Assembly: GCA_964515055.1 (NCBI GenBank)
Contig: CAZEUG010000007.1
Location: 2,642-66,641 of the forward strand
Direction of reading: 5' to 3'
DNA length: 64,000 nt
Source of the DNA: an uncultured Oscillospiraceae bacterium
Lineage (GTDB): Bacteria > Bacillota > Clostridia > Oscillospirales > QAMX01
Shown: piece after piece, positions 60,801 through 64,000 of the stretch
How positions within the stretch are numbered: position 1 is the stretch's first letter
Layout of the letters: each line of letters begins with the position of its first letter
The notes under the pieces: generated by a model
What the model saw: the letters and a program-made list of their open reading frames with translations, nothing else
Told to the model about the DNA's origin: nothing
Databases searched by the model: none
Position numbers and translations under genes: made by a program

Positions 60801-62330
60801 GGGATCATCGGATACAAATGCCGCGAGAGCGGTGATTGCTCCGCGTTTTCGTTCGTATGCCATCCAGATTTGGTCTTGATCGTTCCAATACCGCTTTCGC
60901 CAGATACAGACAAAGCGATGACCATATTCCTGATTCAGCCGGTCAATGGTTGTGCGCATTGCGTCCAAAATCGCCGGATCATCATCCGCTTCTTCCGAAG
61001 ACGCGTCTGGCAAATCGGCGAGTACGCCGTAGAGGACATGATCACCGGCGGAACGATTGGTGCAGGCATATTCCGCCAGCGCGGCTGTCTGCTGGGCGGC
61101 CTGTTCGGGCGTAGCAGCCAACAACGTGACGGCGACCAGCGTTGTTCCATCCTTCGGAACACCGGCTTCCAGTTCGAGCGATGGTAGAAAATGATTGGGA
61201 GCCACGTGGGAAAACAGATACAGAAGGAACGCCCGTGTGACTTCATACAACGGCAGCATCATGCCGAGTGCCAGCCAGACACTTTTGAATAGAACCCCGA
61301 AGAGCGCGGAGATCAGGACAGGAAGCGTCATATCCAGCATCAGGTAGATGAAGCGAATTCGTCGATCTCTGTTTTGCAGCACGGGTGATCGAGCAATGTG
61401 CCAGCCGATGTGGGATTCCGGGGTCCCCTCTGGCGCAGATGCAGCCGCACTCAGGAGGGATTCGGCAGCAACATATTCCGGAACACGGAGATGACGCGCA
61501 AGCGTTGAAAGCTGTGCGCGGTAGTGCGCCTGTGATGGTTCGGACATTTGCGGATACGTTCCATCCGGGTCACGCATCAGAATAGATTCCAGCTGGCTGA
61601 CGCTGCGCATGGCGCGAAGAAAGCCGCTCTGAGATACCTGATTCAGCAGCTTGATGGTACCGCGGAGAGCGGCCTCCAGCTGTTTGTGAATCCGGTCGGC
61701 TGGTGCGGCATAGGTGTCCAGGCTGATCGGTGCGGAGCCCTGCAAATGCTCTGTACGCAAACGCTTTTCGGCGCCGAACGGGCTGTCCGTTTGTTCATCC
61801 TGATACGATTGGAGAATCGTCTGAATTTCCATTGCAACTTCTCGAATCATTCGGATGGCAACGATACGCAAAACCGGCAAGCAGAGACGGCATTCACTCT
61901 CGTTCAGAATCCGTTCGGCCTGTACGCCGCGGAGAAACAAGGCCAGTCGTTCCGGCGTAATGGCTTCCGCGCCGGTTCGAAGCAGTGCAGAAGCCATCTG
62001 GAAAATGAACAGGTTTCCTTTGTCATCGACGGTCAGTTGATATTTGCCGTGCAGGTCAACCTGTAATTCTGAAGCGGCCTTTTCAATCCGATACAGATTC
62101 TCTGACAGCCAGACAAATTCCGGCGGCAGCAGCACATCATTGTTCTGCGGCAGGCTGGCTTTGTATCCGGTCACGCGTTCAGCTGTCTTTTGAATGATTC
62201 GCAAATCGGTTCGAACGATTTTGCGCAGACTTCCAGCGCCGGTTAACCCGGCTGCATGAAAGGCGCGAGCGCTGTTTGTCCCATATCGTTCAATTCGGTT
62301 GTTCGGCACGAATATTTTATCCTGCATCAT
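54846..62330 (-). CDS. cyclic beta-1,2-glucan synthase-type multidomain protein (membrane GT84-like glycosyltransferase + (alpha/alpha)6 cyclisation-type domain + GH94 phosphorylase-type domain)
   Basis: 2494-codon uninterrupted ORF. It has LDAD (aa 535-538) and QARW (aa 682-685) between hydrophobic segments. TSPTNIGLGIL, NWY and SGNL motifs lie in the middle region. FRDQMQD, CSDDLLWLPYF, NGDWNDGLN and GGQYTHAAVW lie in the C-terminal third. Confidence 0.82.
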   Translation of the reverse strand: MMQDKIFVPNNRIERYGTNSARAFHAAGLTGAGSLRKIVRTDLRIIQKTAERVTGYKASLPQNNDVLLPPEFVWLSENLYRIEKAASELQVDLHGKYQLTVDDKGNLFIFQMASALLRTGAEAITPERLALFLRGVQAERILNESECRLCLPVLRIVAIRMIREVAMEIQTILQSYQDEQTDSPFGAEKRLRTEHLQGSAPISLDTYAAPADRIHKQLEAALRGTIKLLNQVSQSGFLRAMRSVSQLESILMRDPDGTYPQMSEPSQAHYRAQLSTLARHLRVPEYVAAESLLSAAASAPEGTPESHIGWHIARSPVLQNRDRRIRFIYLMLDMTLPVLISALFGVLFKSVWLALGMMLPLYEVTRAFLLYLFSHVAPNHFLPSLELEAGVPKDGTTLVAVTLLAATPEQAAQQTAALAEYACTNRSAGDHVLYGVLADLPDASSEEADDDPAILDAMRTTIDRLNQEYGHRFVCIWRKRYWNDQDQIWMAYERKRGAITALAAFVSDDPDPNNEPIFYGVEAERLKTVRYLIALDADTIPEPDSVRHMVGAMLHPLNRAVIAPDASRVVAGYGILQPHITMDLTAANATLFSRIFAGQGGTDPYCVSSGDICQNLFGDSIFTGKGILDLRAMHSVLKDKIADQRILSHDLLEGSFLRTGFLAEASVIDGFPSSVRSFMKRQARWTRGDIQLIPFLLPYLRNRQGQRYRNPLTPSAKYRICDNIRRVETPAAICMAILSFCIFPNPASAVGALFALAALTVPMLLNTVERLRNFPNRISTRCHSTIYAGFRGGLLLFFSRFVLLPFEAYVTTRAMVQALWRMLISKRRLLEWTTAAEAEKHARYRRIGFGAILHEIYVLLPSVILAILLCVVAGNLISCLVSLLWLLSPLYSFLLSGKLDRSPEVSLSDQAFLLEQAQRIWRFFDERMTEADQNLPPDNEQIAPCGTIAHRTSPTNIGLGILSVFAAEKLGFIPWDDAEKRLMRTISSLERMEKNHGHLYNWYRTDTLTVMQPAVISSVDSGNLCASLLAAAQLADRHGSSALAERMEQLARLADFSVFYDDRVRLLHIAVDRDGKSVGGHYDMLASEARLTSYLAIAKGEIPVKHWFSLSRSLSETNGYTGLASWSGSLFEYLMPNLLLPETENSLLYEANRYAVYCQRIYAKKRKTPWGISESAFYAFDETLTYQYKAHGVPAIGFKNGLEHELVVSPYSSYLALSIDPDKALHNLRVLTQMDGMQGKYGLYESVDWTGRRMAVLSENPSAYRVCKTYMAHHMAMSLCSICNLLTAAESGKAYFLDAFFGQTDLRAYHMLLAERMPIHAVNVKRMHVHASAEQVNVLPEYRLHGPNVQNPLPSWNLLANDGCTLLTSANGTSRLFTRQTEAYHAEPGILVLFRTDAGIVSPVPIGQTSMAYQFEWTGRQSSFLAESDSIRMKMQVQLAENEPAEVREVQIQNTGPQRICGHLVLFCEPLAGHLDEYESHPDFYRMFLSTKAVQNGAVASRNEGQSVALICEPGSTTFTSDGDAILAGNPPTHPEACCSNLRHSSFGTPRRPILRAVIPVVLAPGETFTFHFAIALGESMHSAVSAGSHALRTAHQGLRFCRMAQRLSLQTPDLLYALSLLTPMMTPSERTDVVYETETSRGALWQLGISGDLPVVVLEAYSEDLPQLTGEIFTAIRIHELLSACGIVYDLCILIDDGGAYERQGFHLFHAAVRISGCEAAVGVHGGIHLIDLSTADSASVAAVRLVACTVLPYQPTSFPPVLPHAQVPAQHTRTWSQPLCNPFFGCLSTDFGMTHLWFRNARLMKLTPLDESEGGEELSCLVHGHRIPILCGAACRFEQGYTVWEAEIDGQSIRTRAFVAPDRPLRLLIIESSDHPVTVDWRMQPLFGERRAAKNGVITSFQQDFNAVTTYHPMADDFPPTALACATVPAPIGVTCSEAAYKSGLFSAIEETIPCGRVAAFRITGQHIVLTCAAADSVGDAVSAAASVSVDLAEQLFHAACEARKQETKQVVIQSGHPVLDAYMNDWAVWQIKGSRLYARSSFYQNGGAIGFRDQMQDASAFLLDEPQILRALLLLCAEHQYEEGDVQHWFHVGFKDDARKNGVRTRCSDDLLWLPYFTALYLDRTGEEALLSVPVPYLKSAPLRPDERERYENAESSPCSETLYQHGLRAIHLFLSRGCGAHRLPLILNGDWNDGLNGIGEQGKGESVWLAWFGSLVLRRFATVCNRMKDLKEANHLLAAANNLRSAAMNTFEADRFLRAYTDEGAVLGSACSKECQLDSIAQSFAWLSSDGSESEQEHRQMQLALQTALEQLVDRKNRIVRLFTPPFTRSANVGYLSDYPTGVRENGGQYTHAAVWLAMACFRAGRPNDGWELLRLLLPKTHDPSIYGGEDFVLAADVYAGEKNGVCGWSWYTGSAAWFRKAVVEEMLGIHGSPQGLTITPNLPDDVSTCSCRLRFSGIHLHLTIHLSANRQTHFVAWPLTSEEVEVEIR

Positions 62331-62410
62331 GGCTTTTTGCGTTCCTTTCTTCTGAAGCTGCTCATTTTAGTCTTTCAGGCAAATTCTTTTTGTATACCCG
62401 GAAAAAACGC

Positions 62411-62439
62411 TTGACAAACCATCCGAATTATGGTATCAT
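62411..62439 (+). promoter_or_regulatory. near-consensus sigma-A-type promoter for ylxM-ffh
   Basis: TTGACA (62411-62416), 17-nt spacer, TATCAT (62434-62439) preceded by TGG. Confidence 0.6.
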
Positions 62440-62440
62440 A

Positions 62441-62470
62441 CTGGTGTAAAGCTGAAGTGCTTTACACCAG
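62441..62470 (+). other. perfect 12-bp hairpin immediately after the ylxM-ffh promoter
   Basis: ctggtgtaaagc / gctttacaccag with loop tgaagt, followed by CTGTTTCTGTTT. Confidence 0.55.
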
Positions 62471-62529
62471 CTGTTTCTGTTTGGCAGCATATTACAGGTA
62501 TCGGTCTGATTAACTGGATGGTTTGATTT

Positions 62530-62919
62530 ATGTCTTCGGAAAATACCTTAAAGGAAAACGCGTTGGAGATGTCTCTGCTGTTTGATTTTTACGGTGCAAT
62601 GCTAACGGACAGGCAGCAGGAAATTTTTGATCTGTATTATAACGAGGATCTGTCTCTTTCCGAAATATCAGAGCAGATGCAGATTTCCAGACAGGCAGTT
62701 CGTGATGCTGTCACACGCTCCAAAAACCTGATGCTCGGCTTTGAACAGCGTCTGGGGCTGGTTCATCGTTTCCAGAAGAACTTCGATACGCTCCAGCGAA
62801 TTCATATGATTGCCTCGGAGCTGCTGGAATTGAATCGTAGCGACAGGCGAAATGCTGAGATTGACCTTCGACTGGCGGAAATTTACCGTCTGACAAGCAG
62901 CGTTTCGGAATTGGCCTGA
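62530..62919 (+). CDS. ylxM: YlxM/p13-like helix-turn-helix protein (UPF0122), SRP-operon partner
   Basis: 129 aa with LLFDFYGAMLTDRQQEIFDLYYNEDLSLSEISEQMQISRQAVRDAV. Located directly upstream of ffh. Confidence 0.85.
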   Translation: MSSENTLKENALEMSLLFDFYGAMLTDRQQEIFDLYYNEDLSLSEISEQMQISRQAVRDAVTRSKNLMLGFEQRLGLVHRFQKNFDTLQRIHMIASELLELNRSDRRNAEIDLRLAEIYRLTSSVSELA

Positions 62920-62956
62920 TTTCACCTATTTTTCAGAACAGGAGTTGATTGCGGGA

Positions 62957-64000
62957 ATGGCCTTTGAAAATCTTCAAGACAAGCTTTCCTCTGTTTTCAA
63001 AAAGTTACGTGGTAGAGGTCGTTTGACAGAAAATGATATTCGCACAGCCATGCGTGAGGTTCGCCTGGCGCTGCTGGAAGCGGATGTCAGCGTCAAGATT
63101 GTCAAAGACTTTATTGATGCGGTCAGTGCCCGGGCACTTGGCAGCGACGTTCTGGACAGCCTGACCCCCGGTCAGCAGGTTATTAAGATCGTCAACGAAG
63201 AATTGACAACCCTGATGGGCGGCTCCAATGAACGGATTCATATGGCGCCGAAACCGCCCACGGTTGTCATGCTCGTTGGCCTTCAGGGTGCCGGTAAAAC
63301 GACGAACGGCGCAAAGCTGGCCGGATATTTCAAATCGCAGCTTTCGAAACGGCCGTTGATGATCGCCTGTGACGTGTATCGTCCCGCTGCCATCCAACAG
63401 CTGCAAATTGTCGCAGAGCAGGTTGGTGTCCCCGTTTTCGAAATGGGACAGGGTGATCCGGTCGAGATTGCGCGCAAAGGTATTGAGCACGCCCGTCAGC
63501 ACGGCAACGACATGGTGTTCATCGATACCGCCGGTCGACTGCACGTAGACGATTCCATGATGGACGAGTTGAAGCGGATGAAAGCCGCTGTCAATCCGGA
63601 TGAAATTATGCTGGTCGTTGATGCCATGACCGGTCAGGATGCCGTCAATGCTGCGACAGCGTTCAATAACGCTCTGGATATTGACAGCGTCTATCTCGCC
63701 AAGCTGGATTCCGACGCCCGTGGTGGTGCTGCCCTTTCGGTCAAGGCCGCTACAGGGAAACCGATCAAATTTGTCGGTACCGGCGAAAAGCTCGATGCAT
63801 CCAATCTGGAACCGTTCTATCCGGATCGTATGGCTTCCCGCATTCTTGGCATGGGTGATATGCTTTCCCTGATCGAAAAAGCGCAGCAGGCGTTTGACGA
63901 GAAAAAAGCGGAAGAGCTGGAACGCAAAATGCGCCAGAATAAAATGTCGCTGGACGACTTTCTGGATCAGATGCGGCAAATTAAAAAAATGGGCTCCATG
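62957..64000 (+). CDS. ffh: signal recognition particle protein Ffh (SRP54), N-terminal ~348 codons; runs off the right window edge
   Basis: Absent from the ORF track because no stop lies in the window. My translation from the ATG at 62957 gives MAFENLQDKLSSVFKKLRGRGRLTENDIRTAMREVRLALLEADV.. and then the GTPase motifs GLQGAGKTT, DTAGR and KLDSDARGGAA. Confidence 0.92.
   Translation, partial: MAFENLQDKLSSVFKKLRGRGRLTENDIRTAMREVRLALLEADVSVKIVKDFIDAVSARALGSDVLDSLTPGQQVIKIVNEELTTLMGGSNERIHMAPKPPTVVMLVGLQGAGKTTNGAKLAGYFKSQLSKRPLMIACDVYRPAAIQQLQIVAEQVGVPVFEMGQGDPVEIARKGIEHARQHGNDMVFIDTAGRLHVDDSMMDELKRMKAAVNPDEIMLVVDAMTGQDAVNAATAFNNALDIDSVYLAKLDSDARGGAALSVKAATGKPIKFVGTGEKLDASNLEPFYPDRMASRILGMGDMLSLIEKAQQAFDEKKAEELERKMRQNKMSLDDFLDQMRQIKKMGSM

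Overview
This window looks like core chromosome of a spore-forming anaerobic Firmicute. The gene content is Clostridia-like: spoIIIAA-AH, a SpoIID-domain protein, PFOR, indolepyruvate:ferredoxin oxidoreductase and cdaA-cdaR. I can support 50 protein-coding genes. Two are cut by the window edges and so are missing from the ORF track: mutS at the left edge and ffh at the right edge. I also support one tRNA-Ala(GGC), several near-consensus sigma-A-type promoters, and a set of intrinsic terminators and hairpins. I see no rRNA, CRISPR array, transposase, integrase, phage structural gene or recognisable defence system.

Gene order is: mutS'-miaB; two hypothetical envelope proteins; mtaB; a His-less HPr-like protein; a D,D-carboxypeptidase; lysA-nudix-prmA; an alanine/glycine:cation symporter; nadE; tRNA-Ala; asd-dapA-dapB; a SpoIID-like gene; queA; nifJ (PFOR); apgM; a 7-gene aryl-acid/arylpyruvate cluster (Na+ symporter, PaaK, IorA, IorB, PaaK, ACT, YnbB-type PLP enzyme); a GH25 muramidase; a rhamnose operon (RhaE-like aldolase, rhaB, rhaA, an ASRT-family protein, a 4-TM protein); a ROK kinase plus GH38 mannosidase; a histidine phosphatase; a COG2509 FAD protein; cdaR-cdaA; spoIIIAH..AA; a 2,494-codon cyclic-beta-1,2-glucan-synthase-type gene; and ylxM-ffh'.

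Five things are most worth a second look:
1. The giant GT84/cyclase/GH94 gene lies directly against the spoIIIA operon in an organism that has no periplasm.
2. An ASRT (sensory-rhodopsin-transducer family) gene plus a small polytopic membrane protein form the last two cistrons of a rhamnose operon that lacks any known transporter, mutarotase or regulator.
3. The aryl-acid cluster has two diverged PaaK ligases bracketing IOR, a dedicated Na+ symporter and a translationally coupled PLP enzyme of unknown function.
4. That cluster has a ~226-nt leader with a uORF and duplicated anti-SD repeats.
5. Consensus promoters face each other between asd and the SpoIID-like gene.

The many very long antisense ORFs in the track are codon-register mirror artefacts. 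All family calls come from motif recognition by eye, because no database search was possible.
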